Shown here piece by piece: positions 38,149-47,204 of a stretch of DNA of 64,000 bases. This stretch comes from an uncultured Pseudomonadota bacterium. GTDB taxonomy: Bacteria; Pseudomonadota; Alphaproteobacteria; RF32; CAG-239. Below the pieces are notes generated by a model. That model was not told the origin of the DNA, made no database searches, and saw nothing but the letters and a program-made list of their open reading frames with translations. The stretch lies in assembly GCA_949290295.1 (NCBI GenBank), contig CASERH010000001.1:67969-131968 (forward strand). Reading direction: 5' to 3'. The position numbers and the translations under genes were made by a program. Numbering within the stretch: the first letter of the stretch is position 1; every line of letters begins with the position of its first letter.

Positions 38149-39162
38149 ATGGTTTTCTTAAAAAGAGTATTGTTGGGATTAGGTGCTTTATTTTTGATTT
38201 TTCTGGGCGGAGCAGGAACTAGGAGCAACAGTGTATTTGTCCAAGGCGGCGGTTTTTTGGGGCTTATCATTGGGCTGGTTGTTTTATACATTTTTGCCAA
38301 GATGGCTTGGCGGGCCATGGGGTGTCTGCCTTCATTATTTTTAATTGCCGCAATAATTGTCTTTATTCTTTACGCCATAGGAGCCTTTAGTGACGGTTTG
38401 GGCGGTGTCGGCAAGAATGTAAAAAGCTTTTTAGGGCAGGGTATGGCATCATCTCAAAGCAGCATGGCTTCTGCAAAGATCAACCTGCTGGATGAAGAGG
38501 AGTTTGATGTGCCGATTTCAGAAAGTTTCTCTCCGGCAGCTGAAGAAGAAATAGTGATTGAAGAACAGGTAGCACAGCCGCAACAACCGCAACAGGTTCA
38601 AGAGGAAAGCTTTTTTGATAAATTGTTTGGAGGCTCTTCATCAAACAATCAGGCAGCAACATTCAACCCAAAAAATTATCCGGCCATTTACTCAACCGCT
38701 AAAGTTATAAGCGGTGATACCCTAGTTATAAGCGGTCATTACTTTCGGCTTTTCGGTATAGATGCGCCTGAAAACAACCAAACCTGCGCGGATGGAAATG
38801 GTCGTCCATACCATTGTGGACAGCAGGCAGCGGCATGGTTGAAGAGTTGGTTGCAAGATAATGAGTTAGAGTGCCGGGTTATTCAAAGAGATACAAGTGG
38901 CAACATGGTAGGCGTTTGCTCACTGGGAGCCTATGATATTGGTGCGGCTTTGGTAAATGCCGGATGGGCTGTTGTTTACAGCAAACATACAGATATCTAT
39001 ACACCCTACCAGACACAAGCCCAAAATAATGGTAGAGGTTTGTGGCAGGGAGAGTTTTACATGCCCTGGGATTGGCGCAAAATTCAGGCTCGCAAACCCA
39101 AAATCAAGGTGATAAACCAAAAACCCAAACGCAAAAGAACATTAATAAATCCGCTAGGCTAA
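38149..39162 (+). CDS. Membrane-anchored staphylococcal-nuclease (SNase/thermonuclease)-like nuclease
   Basis: N-terminal TM helices and a Q/P-rich linker. The C-terminal domain has GDT...RLFGIDAPE...G.......D.YGR...GLW SNase signatures. Confidence 0.6.
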   Translation: MVFLKRVLLGLGALFLIFLGGAGTRSNSVFVQGGGFLGLIIGLVVLYIFAKMAWRAMGCLPSLFLIAAIIVFILYAIGAFSDGLGGVGKNVKSFLGQGMASSQSSMASAKINLLDEEEFDVPISESFSPAAEEEIVIEEQVAQPQQPQQVQEESFFDKLFGGSSSNNQAATFNPKNYPAIYSTAKVISGDTLVISGHYFRLFGIDAPENNQTCADGNGRPYHCGQQAAAWLKSWLQDNELECRVIQRDTSGNMVGVCSLGAYDIGAALVNAGWAVVYSKHTDIYTPYQTQAQNNGRGLWQGEFYMPWDWRKIQARKPKIKVINQKPKRKRTLINPLG

Positions 39163-39163
39163 T

Positions 39164-39637
39164 ATGGACCATAAAATAGAAATAAATTTGCCAACACAAG
39201 AAGATACCAAAAGAATAGGAAGAAAACTTGCTCATATTGCTCGCAAAGGAGATGTTTTTGCGCTATATGGAACACTTGGCATGGGCAAAAGTGTGCTGGC
39301 CAGAGCTTTTGTACAGGAGTTGTGCGGACAAGGAGAAGTTCCGAGCCCGACATTTACTCTGCTGCAAACCTATGACGCTCCGGAATTTGAAATTTATCAT
39401 TTTGATTTATACCGCCTAAAATCGGCAGAAGAGATTTTTGAAATTGGGGTTGAGGAGGCTTTGTATTCAGGTGTGAGCCTGATAGAATGGCCCGAAAGAA
39501 TGACTGCTTACCTGCCGCGAGATATCTTCAGGCTGGAAATCACTCCGTTAGGGGAGGGGCGGAAGTTAACCATAGAAACACGTTCAGATGAAAAACATTC
39601 GCGCTTATCCGCATTGGAGATAAAAAATGAGAGCTAA
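39164..39637 (+). CDS. tsaE: tRNA threonylcarbamoyladenosine biosynthesis ATPase TsaE (YjeE)
   Basis: GTLGMGKSVLARA P-loop. Size typical of the family. Confidence 0.75.
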   Translation: MDHKIEINLPTQEDTKRIGRKLAHIARKGDVFALYGTLGMGKSVLARAFVQELCGQGEVPSPTFTLLQTYDAPEFEIYHFDLYRLKSAEEIFEIGVEEALYSGVSLIEWPERMTAYLPRDIFRLEITPLGEGRKLTIETRSDEKHSRLSALEIKNES

Positions 39638-40043
39638 CGTGCACGCTTCTTGTGTGGAGTGTAACAAAAAAGGTGTTTTAATCTACGGCCCCTCAGGGAG
39701 CGGCAAATCAGATCTTGCTTTGCGGTTAATTATGGAAAATGGCGCCAAGCTTGTAGCAGATGATAGAGTGAATTTACAAGTGTTAAAAGGCAAGATAAAG
39801 GCAACAGCACCGACAATTCTAAAAGGGCTTTTGGAGGTAAGAGGGGTCGGTATAGTGAAATTTTCCTCCGTTAATGCAGATTTGTTCTTAGCAATCAGGC
39901 TGGTTGAAAAAAGAGAGTTGGTTGAGCGTTTTCCGGAAAGCGATACCTATGAATTTAGCGGGGTGAGAATTCCGCAAATCAGCCTTTATGCTTTTGACGC
40001 CTCAACCCCGGCAAAAATTTTGGCGGCCTTGACAATGCTGTGA
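39627..40043 (+). CDS. hprK: HPr kinase/phosphorylase C-terminal-domain-only protein
   Basis: P-loop GPSGSGKSDLAL followed by LLEVRGVGIV. The truncated HprK form typical of alphaproteobacteria. Confidence 0.7.
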   Translation: MRANVHASCVECNKKGVLIYGPSGSGKSDLALRLIMENGAKLVADDRVNLQVLKGKIKATAPTILKGLLEVRGVGIVKFSSVNADLFLAIRLVEKRELVERFPESDTYEFSGVRIPQISLYAFDASTPAKILAALTML

Positions 40044-40124
40044 GGAACAAACTCTTAGCGGTTGATTCTTTGTAATCTTGGTTCTAAAATAAGGCAAATT
40101 TAATTCTGTTTAGAGAGAAACAAT

Positions 40125-40916
40125 ATGTGTCTGAAATCAATTGAGAATTTTTTGCGGCGGCAGGGCCAGCCGCTGGTTAAGTTTTTCTCCAGCTTGGGAG
40201 AATTTTCACTTTTTGTTGCTCAGGCAGTTTATAACTGCTTCACGCCGCCGGTATATTGGCGTAATTTGTGGCGCCAGATTGTGGATATGGGCTTTTATTC
40301 GCTGCCGGTTGTGGGTTTGACCACAATCTTTGCCGGAATGGTCATTGCTCTGCAGAGCTATTCAGGTTTTATGCGTTTTGGCGCTGAGGGTGCGGTTGCT
40401 TCTGTTGTGCTGATTTCCGTAACCAGAGAGTTGGCGCCGGTTTTGTCAGCCTTAATGGTTGCCGGTCGTATAGGCGCGGCCATGGCGGCAGAAATTGGCA
40501 CCATGCGTGTGACCGAACAAATAGATGCTCTAGTCACCTTGTCAACCAATCCTTTTAAGTATTTGGTTACACCAAGAATTTGGGCGGGGCTGATTGTTAT
40601 GCCTCTGTTGGTGCTGTTGGGCGATGTAATCGGTATTTTTGGCGGCTACGTTGTTGGTGTTTACAAGCTTGGTTTCAACCCTGCCAACTACGTCAACTCA
40701 ACTTTGCAGAATTTGCAGGCCATAGATATCACCACCGGTTTGGTAAAAGCGGCGGTGTTTGGATTTATCATTTCCATCATGGGCTGCTACAACGGCTATA
40801 AATCAAAAGGCGGTGCCCAAGGTGTAGGTACGGCCACCACCAATGCGGTTGTTTCCGCTTCTATTTTGATTTTGATTTTCAACTATGTCATTACCGAGCT
40901 GTTTTTCTCAAAATAG
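40125..40916 (+). CDS. mlaE: Phospholipid ABC transporter permease MlaE
   Basis: MlaE/YrbE polytopic permease signature. Confidence 0.8.
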   Translation: MCLKSIENFLRRQGQPLVKFFSSLGEFSLFVAQAVYNCFTPPVYWRNLWRQIVDMGFYSLPVVGLTTIFAGMVIALQSYSGFMRFGAEGAVASVVLISVTRELAPVLSALMVAGRIGAAMAAEIGTMRVTEQIDALVTLSTNPFKYLVTPRIWAGLIVMPLLVLLGDVIGIFGGYVVGVYKLGFNPANYVNSTLQNLQAIDITTGLVKAAVFGFIISIMGCYNGYKSKGGAQGVGTATTNAVVSASILILIFNYVITELFFSK

Positions 40917-40934
40917 TTTTATGGAGAATAAGAG

Positions 40935-41699
40935 ATGAGTGAAACCAAAATAAAAATAACCAATCTTCATAAAGCTTTCGGAAAAAAAGTTGTTCTTTCC
41001 GGGGTAGACCTAGAGATAGCCAAGGGAGAATCTTTGGTTGTAATCGGCGGTTCAGGTACCGGAAAATCGGTTTTGATTAAGTGTATACAAGGACTTTTGG
41101 TGCCAGATGAAGGGTCAATCTTGGTAGATGACCAAGAGGTTGTCGGGATAGACGAGGAAGAAAAAGAGGCTCTGCACTCCAAAATGGGCATGCTTTTTCA
41201 GGGCGGCGCATTATTTGACAGCTTGAGCGTGTGGGAAAACGTAGCGTTTGACTTGCTTGAAAATCGGGGCATGAACAAAAAAGATGCCAAGAACGAAGCT
41301 ATAAGAGTTTTGCGCTCGGTCGGTTTGGCACCGGATGTCGCAGACCTGTCGCCATCGGAATTATCCGGCGGTATGCAAAAACGCGTAGGCCTGGCCAGAG
41401 CCATAGCCTCTAAGCCGGAGATAATCTTTTTTGATGAACCCACCACGGGGCTGGACCCGATAATGTCAGACGTTATTAATGACCTGATTATTGAGTCGGT
41501 AAAAGGCTTGGGAGCAACAGCCTTGACGATTACGCACGATATGACCTCGGCTCGTAAAATTGCTGACAGAATAGCCATGCTGTACCAGGGCAAGATAGTA
41601 TGGCAAGGCACGGTCAAAGAGATGGATAAGACTGATAATCCATATGTGCGCCAGTTTATCAACGGCAGTTCGCAAGGCCCGATAAAAGTGGAGGTTTAG
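40935..41699 (+). CDS. mlaF: Phospholipid ABC transporter ATP-binding protein MlaF
   Basis: Walker A GGSGTGKS, signature LSGGMQKR, Walker B IIFFDEPT. Confidence 0.85.
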   Translation: MSETKIKITNLHKAFGKKVVLSGVDLEIAKGESLVVIGGSGTGKSVLIKCIQGLLVPDEGSILVDDQEVVGIDEEEKEALHSKMGMLFQGGALFDSLSVWENVAFDLLENRGMNKKDAKNEAIRVLRSVGLAPDVADLSPSELSGGMQKRVGLARAIASKPEIIFFDEPTTGLDPIMSDVINDLIIESVKGLGATALTITHDMTSARKIADRIAMLYQGKIVWQGTVKEMDKTDNPYVRQFINGSSQGPIKVEV

Positions 41700-41702
41700 G
41701 CT

Positions 41703-43076
41703 TTGGCAAAAAAAGACAATAAGCAATATGTTTGCCAGAACTGCGGTGCGGTTTATCCGAAATGGCAGGGCAAATGCGATGCGTGTGGGGAGTGGAACTG
41801 TATAGAAGAGGAGATGCTTGGCGGAGAAGGTTTTTCAAACTTTAATCCGAAGAAATCAAAAGGGCATATGATAGAATTTGTGCCCCTAAGCGGTGCGCAA
41901 GAGCATTTGAGCCGACTCAGCACCGGGATTAAGGAATTAGACCGTGTCTCCGGCGGTGGTTTGGTAGCAGGCTCGGTCATTTTGGTTGGCGGCGACCCCG
42001 GTATCGGCAAATCCACGCTCTTGTTGCAGGCTTGTGCCAAGATAGCGGATTCCCCGAGCGGAAAAGAAGTTTATTACATATCCGGAGAAGAGGCGATAGA
42101 CCAGGTTAGACTGAGAGCCAAAAGATTGGGCCTGGAACAATCGCCGGTTAAATTGGCCAGCTCCACCGAGATAAAAGACATAGTCACCACACTTGAGAAA
42201 TCAAATGCCGCGGTAGTGGTAATAGATTCGATTCAGACCATGTATTTGGACGAGGTTGAATCAACCCCCGGCAGTGTTACCCAAGTCAGAGCCTGCAGCT
42301 ATGAGCTGATAAAACTTGCAAAAAGAAAAGGCTTTACATTGTTTTTGGTGGGCCACGTTACTAAGCAGGGAGCCATAGCCGGCCCCAGGGTGCTTGAGCA
42401 TATGGTTGATACGGTTTTGTATTTTGAAGGCGAGAGAGGGCACCATTTCAGAATTCTGCGGGCGGTAAAGAACCGCTACGGCGCCACAGATGAGATCGGC
42501 GTTTTTGAGATGCAGGATCAAGGCTTGGTAGAGGTTGAAAACCCCTCGGCTTTGTTTCTGGCAGAGCGCCAGGGGAACATATCGGGCTCCTGCGTTTTTG
42601 CCGGAGTAGAGGGCTCAAGACCGGTGTTGGTGGAGATTCAGGCGCTAGTCAGTCCCACCAGTTATGCCAGCCCCAAAAGAGCCGTTGTCGGTTGGGATTC
42701 CAACCGCTTATCCATGGTTTTAGCGGTATTAGAGGCTCGTTGTGGCATGAACTTAAGCTCGCAGGATATATATCTGAATATTGCGGGTGGCTTAAAGATA
42801 TCGGAGCCAGCGGCAGATTTGGCGGTAGCGATGGCGGTGATATCATCACTCACCAACAAACCCCTGCCGGCAGATATGGTCGTCTTTGGCGAGATAGGGC
42901 TCTCCGGCGAGATAAGGGCTGTTTCGCAACCGTCGTTGAGGCTGAAAGAAGCCAATAAGTTGGGTTTTGCCAGCGCCATTACCCCTCCGACCCACGCCAA
43001 AGAAAAGAAATCAAGAGTGGATATTAACATTTATGAGATCGGCAACGTTCAGCGACTGATAAACTGGTTTAATTAG
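41703..43076 (+). CDS. radA: DNA repair protein RadA/Sms
   Basis: N-terminal C4 zinc finger (CQNCG...CDACGEW), RecA-like GDPGIGKSTLLLQ, KNRYG motif and a Lon-like C-domain. TTG start. Confidence 0.9.
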   Translation: MAKKDNKQYVCQNCGAVYPKWQGKCDACGEWNCIEEEMLGGEGFSNFNPKKSKGHMIEFVPLSGAQEHLSRLSTGIKELDRVSGGGLVAGSVILVGGDPGIGKSTLLLQACAKIADSPSGKEVYYISGEEAIDQVRLRAKRLGLEQSPVKLASSTEIKDIVTTLEKSNAAVVVIDSIQTMYLDEVESTPGSVTQVRACSYELIKLAKRKGFTLFLVGHVTKQGAIAGPRVLEHMVDTVLYFEGERGHHFRILRAVKNRYGATDEIGVFEMQDQGLVEVENPSALFLAERQGNISGSCVFAGVEGSRPVLVEIQALVSPTSYASPKRAVVGWDSNRLSMVLAVLEARCGMNLSSQDIYLNIAGGLKISEPAADLAVAMAVISSLTNKPLPADMVVFGEIGLSGEIRAVSQPSLRLKEANKLGFASAITPPTHAKEKKSRVDINIYEIGNVQRLINWFN

Positions 43077-43089
43077 AAGGGAAAAAAGA

Positions 43090-43818
43090 ATGTCTTCATT
43101 AAATAATCTGGACATTATCATATTGATTGTGGTTGCCATTTCGGCGCTGATAGCCTTATCCAGAGGATTGGTAAAAGAGGTCTTATCCATCATCGGATGG
43201 GTTTTGGCCACTTTTGCCATCATATATGTTTTGCCAATGGTAATGCCCTTTGCCAAAAGCTACATTTCCAATGGTTATATTGCCGGAGCGGTATCGGCTT
43301 TATGCATATTGATATTGTTTTTCATTATTTGGATATATGCAACAGCCGGGGTTGTTGGCAAGATTCGTTCAAGCAAGTTAAACGGCATGGACAGAATGTT
43401 GGGCCTGTTTTTTGGCATTGCCAGAGCGTGCTTGTTGGTAATATTGTTTTATATTTTGGTAAGTTGGATGATTCCGCCCGAGAAACAATCAGAAACCCTA
43501 ACGGAATCAAGATATTTTCAACTAGCCGGTAAATTTGCGGCACCTTTGGAGGAGATGATCCCAGAAGAAACCTTAAAGCTGATAAAAGAGAAGACTCAAG
43601 GTATGAGTGATGAAGAAACGGTTGAAGAAGAACCGGAAACTGTTGAGGAAGAAGCAAGCGATTCAGATACCGAAGAGTTGTTTGAAAAATTAGCGCAACC
43701 GCAAATCAAAAAAGCCATAAAGAAGAAAAAGAATTTGGTAGGCATAAAAGAAGGGTTTGAGGGCTACAAAGAGTCAGAAAGAGACAATTTGGATAGGCTG
43801 ATTGAGAATGTGGAATAA
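43090..43818 (+). CDS. cvpA: CvpA-family membrane protein
   Basis: Four TM helices, an acidic C-terminal tail, and the conserved position after radA. Confidence 0.7.
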   Translation: MSSLNNLDIIILIVVAISALIALSRGLVKEVLSIIGWVLATFAIIYVLPMVMPFAKSYISNGYIAGAVSALCILILFFIIWIYATAGVVGKIRSSKLNGMDRMLGLFFGIARACLLVILFYILVSWMIPPEKQSETLTESRYFQLAGKFAAPLEEMIPEETLKLIKEKTQGMSDEETVEEEPETVEEEASDSDTEELFEKLAQPQIKKAIKKKKNLVGIKEGFEGYKESERDNLDRLIENVE

Positions 43819-44010
43819 GCCAAGCGCCGAATAATTTTAATTGTAATTTAAGCAAAATGTTTTAATATTGGCTCTGCAGGTGCGAGTTGCGCCTGCGGAG
43901 TGTCACAGCTCCTCTCAAGAAAAAGAACAACTCCTTTTATGGGGAGCCGGGGGTATAAGCATACTTGTATGTCGAAGAACCCGGACTGTTCTTGAGCAGT
44001 TGTGAACTCC

Positions 44011-44045
44011 CCGCCTTTTTTTTGCTAAAAAGGCGGTTTTGTTTT
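44011..44045 (+). terminator. Strong Rho-independent terminator, possibly the 3' end of a small RNA
   Basis: CCGCCTTTTT-tttgct-AAAAAGGCGG 10-bp stem followed by TTTTGTTTT. It lies about 190 nt downstream of the cvpA stop. Confidence 0.6.
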
Positions 44046-44071
44046 AAGTAGCAAAATAAAGGAGTTTCAAA

Positions 44072-44305
44072 ATGAGAAATAAGGAAATAAAAGAGTTAAT
44101 ACGCCTGCAGGGCAGCCTAGCCCAACAGCTTCACCAAATCCGCAGCTCCAAGCAGCTGAGCATGGAAAGAGTCTGTGCCGAAACCGGTGTCCCAATGTAT
44201 ATTTTAGATAATTTGGAGCTAGGCCGCGGCGGCATAAATATGGGCGCAGTCTATGCCCTGGCCAAATACTATGGCAAAAAAGTCCGGATTTTGTTGCAGG
44301 ATTAA
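44072..44305 (+). CDS. XRE-family helix-turn-helix transcriptional regulator of 77 aa
   Basis: The HTH core is MERVCAETGVPMYILDNLELGRGG. Confidence 0.55.
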   Translation: MRNKEIKELIRLQGSLAQQLHQIRSSKQLSMERVCAETGVPMYILDNLELGRGGINMGAVYALAKYYGKKVRILLQD

Positions 44306-44312
44306 AAAGAAT

Positions 44313-44346
44313 TTCCGAACCCTGAGAAATTTATCAGGGTTCGGAA
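44313..44346. terminator. Bidirectional terminator with a perfect 13-bp inverted repeat
   Basis: TTCCGAACCCTGA-gaaattta-TCAGGGTTCGGAA between convergent genes. Confidence 0.7.
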
Positions 44347-44940
44347 TTACAAAGCTTTTCTAGAGTTAAGAGCCAGTTGTAAGGTGCCTTCATCCATGTA
44401 ATCAAGCTCGGCTCCCATGGGAATTCCTTGCGCAAGGGTTGTTATCTTAACATTAAAGTCCTTAAGGCGGGAAGAAAGGTAGTGAGCGGTGATTTGCCCA
44501 TCCACAGTTGCTGGCAGAGCCAAAACAACCTCCTGCACGCCCTCAGAAGCGATTCTTTTAAGAAGAGGTTCAATATTCAAGTCTTCAGGCACAACCCCCT
44601 CCAGAGCCGATAAAACGCCTCCCAGCACGTGATATTTTCCCTTAAATTGGGATACACGCTCCATTGCCCACAAATCAGCCACATCTTGCACCACGCAAAG
44701 AATTTTAGAATCTCTGGTTGTTGATGAACAAACCGAGCAGGGTGAAACCGTATCAAAATTACCGCAAATTTCACAAGTTTGAATATTTGTTGCCACCTCG
44801 TTTAAGGCCTCAATCAACGGCAAAAGAGATGTTTCTTTTTTCTTAAGCAGATGTAGGACGATTCTTCTGGCCGAGCGTGTACCCAAAGAGGGCAGTTTGG
44901 CAATTTGCTTAACCAGTTTTTCAATTTCGTTTCCGGCCAT
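44347..44940 (-). CDS. recR: Recombination protein RecR
   Basis: C4 zinc finger CEICGNFDTVSPCSVC and a Toprim domain. Confidence 0.9.
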   Translation of the reverse strand: MAGNEIEKLVKQIAKLPSLGTRSARRIVLHLLKKKETSLLPLIEALNEVATNIQTCEICGNFDTVSPCSVCSSTTRDSKILCVVQDVADLWAMERVSQFKGKYHVLGGVLSALEGVVPEDLNIEPLLKRIASEGVQEVVLALPATVDGQITAHYLSSRLKDFNVKITTLAQGIPMGAELDYMDEGTLQLALNSRKAL

Positions 44941-44971
44941 TATCTTTCTCTTTTTTACCAGAAATAAAACG

Positions 44972-45292
44972 CTAGAACGGAAGTTTCAAACCGCCGAGGT
45001 TAAGCCCGCCGCTCAAGGCATTCATGCTGTCTTGCATTTTGGCATCAACCTTGTTTTTGGCATCGTTATAGGCCGCCACAATCAAATCTTCCAAAACTTC
45101 CACATCCTGAGGATCAACAAGGCTGTTGTCAAGAGAGAGCTTTTTCATCTCAAATTTGCCGTTTAAGGTAACCTTAACCATTCCGCCGCCGGAAGACCCT
45201 TCAACTTCTTCCTGCGCGAGTTTGGCTTGCTCTTCTTCCATTTTCTTTTGCATCATTTGTGCTTGTTTCATAATGCCTTGAATATTCATCAT
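44972..45292 (-). CDS. ybaB: Nucleoid-associated protein YbaB/EbfC
   Basis: Family signature (MMQKKMEE...GGGMVKVTLNG). Conserved between dnaX and recR. Confidence 0.85.
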   Translation of the reverse strand: MMNIQGIMKQAQMMQKKMEEEQAKLAQEEVEGSSGGGMVKVTLNGKFEMKKLSLDNSLVDPQDVEVLEDLIVAAYNDAKNKVDAKMQDSMNALSGGLNLGGLKLPF

Positions 45293-45294
45293 TT

Positions 45295-47037
45295 TTACAA
45301 ATCCTCATCAAAATAGTTATCATTGTCTTCATAGCTGTTAAACGAGCTTGCCGCTTCTTCAGGCTCCTCCTCTTCGGTTGAGCTGATTTTGCGTGTCAGG
45401 GTTTCAATTTTAGAACCCTTAAATTCAGCCAAAATAGCCTTAACCAGCGGCAGGTCGGAAACACTTTTTTTGTTGGCGTTGTCGGCGGCTTCTTCTTTGT
45501 CAGCAATCGTTTCGCCCAAATACCCTCGCAAAACCTCAATATCCCACTTGCTTCCGGTTGCTTCAATCAAGACATGTTGCAAATTGAGTAAAAAATCGTT
45601 GTTGATTTTATCAGAAATGGTAATTTTCATCTTGCTCGGAGCAAATTCGCTAAAAGAGATATCGTGCTTAAAGGTATAAGCCAGCAAAACTTTTTTAGAG
45701 CTTTCAAGATAAGCGGCCAATTCCTCCGGGGTGTTAAAAACCAAGCCCTTTCCTTCAGAAGAAACCTCTGTTGGCACGACAGAAGGAGCTGCAACAACAG
45801 ACTGAGCCTGTTCCGACTTAGGTGTAACAGTGATAGCGGGAGCTAATTCAGATTTTTTTTTTACGTCGTTGAGAATTTCAAGCGGCGTTGGCAAGCTGGC
45901 AGAATATGCAATCCGGATGAGTATCATCTCAAGCGCGTCTATCTGGACCGGCGCCAAAGAAAGTTCAGATAGGCCTTTAATCATCATTTGCCAGATTTTA
46001 GAAAGAATGGCAATCGGAGCATTTGGCGCCACTCTGGCACAAAACTCCTTTTCGCTTTCAGAAAGGCTATCATCATTGGCAAAGGCCGGAATAATCTTAA
46101 CCTTGGCCAGCAAATGGGTGATATTAATCAAATCTTGCAAAACAGTTAAGGGAGTGGCACCGTTTTTATACATTTCTGCCAAATTCTGCACTGCCAAATT
46201 CTGCACTACGGCGTCAACCTTGCCGGCCAAAAGCTTTTCAAACAAATCAAAAGTTTGGGAGCGGTCTGCAAGACCGATCATGTTTTTGACAACATCGGTT
46301 TTAACTGCGCCGCCGCCTAAAGATATTGCCTGATCCAAAAGGGACAAGCCATCACGGCAAGAGCCGTCGGCGGCTTTGGCTATAAGGTGCAAAGCCTCGT
46401 CTTCGGCGCTCAAGCCTTCTTTGGCAATAATATTTTTAAAGTGAGTAACTAGGGTATCAATAGTCAACCGCTGCAAGTCAAATCTTTGGCAGCGAGATAA
46501 AACGGTGATGGGCACTTTGCGAATTTCGGTTGTGGCAAAGATAAATATAACATGAGAAGGCGGCTCTTCCAAAGTCTTAAGCAAGGCGTTAAACGCACTT
46601 TTTGAAAGCATATGCACTTCGTCGATGATGTATATTTTGTAGCGGGCATTAGTTGGTTTGTAGCGCACACCGTCTAAGATTTCGCGCACATCGTCAACAC
46701 CGGTTCTGGATGCGGCATCGAGCTCCAAAACATCAATATGTCTGGACTCAGAGATTGCACGGCAGTTTTCGCAAATACCGCAAGGGTTGATTGTCGGTCC
46801 GCCATGGCCGTCTTTACCTGTGCAGTTAAGCGCTTTGGCAATAATTCTGGCGGTGGTGGTTTTCCCCACACCGCGGATTCCGGTTAGGATATATGCATGG
46901 TGAAGTCGATTGTTTTTTATGGCGTTGGTAAGGGTTTGCACCAAAGCATCTTGCCCCAAAAGCTCATTAAAATTCTGGGGGCGATATTTGCGGGCTAAAA
47001 CCACATAGTTTTCTTTATTTTGAGTATCTTCAGCCAT
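45295..47037 (-). CDS. dnaX: DNA polymerase III subunit tau (DnaX); contains a candidate A10 slippery site for gamma production
   Basis: AAA+ GIRGVGKTTTARI, SRC box, Zn-binding CGICENC. The start at MAEDTQ (47037) is chosen because the ORF-track start (47088) overlaps ffs. Confidence 0.85.
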   Translation of the reverse strand: MAEDTQNKENYVVLARKYRPQNFNELLGQDALVQTLTNAIKNNRLHHAYILTGIRGVGKTTTARIIAKALNCTGKDGHGGPTINPCGICENCRAISESRHIDVLELDAASRTGVDDVREILDGVRYKPTNARYKIYIIDEVHMLSKSAFNALLKTLEEPPSHVIFIFATTEIRKVPITVLSRCQRFDLQRLTIDTLVTHFKNIIAKEGLSAEDEALHLIAKAADGSCRDGLSLLDQAISLGGGAVKTDVVKNMIGLADRSQTFDLFEKLLAGKVDAVVQNLAVQNLAEMYKNGATPLTVLQDLINITHLLAKVKIIPAFANDDSLSESEKEFCARVAPNAPIAILSKIWQMMIKGLSELSLAPVQIDALEMILIRIAYSASLPTPLEILNDVKKKSELAPAITVTPKSEQAQSVVAAPSVVPTEVSSEGKGLVFNTPEELAAYLESSKKVLLAYTFKHDISFSEFAPSKMKITISDKINNDFLLNLQHVLIEATGSKWDIEVLRGYLGETIADKEEAADNANKKSVSDLPLVKAILAEFKGSKIETLTRKISSTEEEEPEEAASSFNSYEDNDNYFDEDL

Positions 47038-47061
47038 AAAAACTTCAATCAAGAAAGAGTT

Positions 47062-47156
47062 CAAAAAGTGGAGAGCAAGCGACCTCAACCGGATTCGTTA
47101 CGGCTGCTTCCTTCCGGACCTGACCGGGTTGGCGAAAGGTCAACCCGCCGCTCTCC
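47062..47156 (-). ncRNA. ffs: Signal recognition particle RNA (4.5S RNA, ffs)
   Basis: The minus-strand sequence contains GGUCAGGUCCGGAAGGAAGCAGCC, the conserved domain IV. The terminal helix is 5'-GGAGAGCGG...CGCUUGCUCUCC-3'. It is immediately upstream of dnaX, the conserved ffs-dnaX-ybaB-recR arrangement. Confidence 0.85.
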
Positions 47157-47204
47157 TTTGGTATAGTTAGCAGATTGACGTTAATTTTCAAGTAAAATTT
47201 AGCT

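Noticed and set aside
41198-41662. 154-aa and other antisense ORFs inside mlaF and radA.
   Set aside because: They are embedded opposite strongly conserved ABC-ATPase and RadA coding sequence. Typical shadow ORFs.
43819-44071. tmRNA, 6S or SRP RNA in the cvpA-downstream interval.
   Set aside because: No tag-peptide reading frame, no T-arm GGTTCGAnTCC, and no SRP domain-IV motif. The SRP RNA is found elsewhere at 47062-47156. Kept only as an unclassified sRNA candidate.
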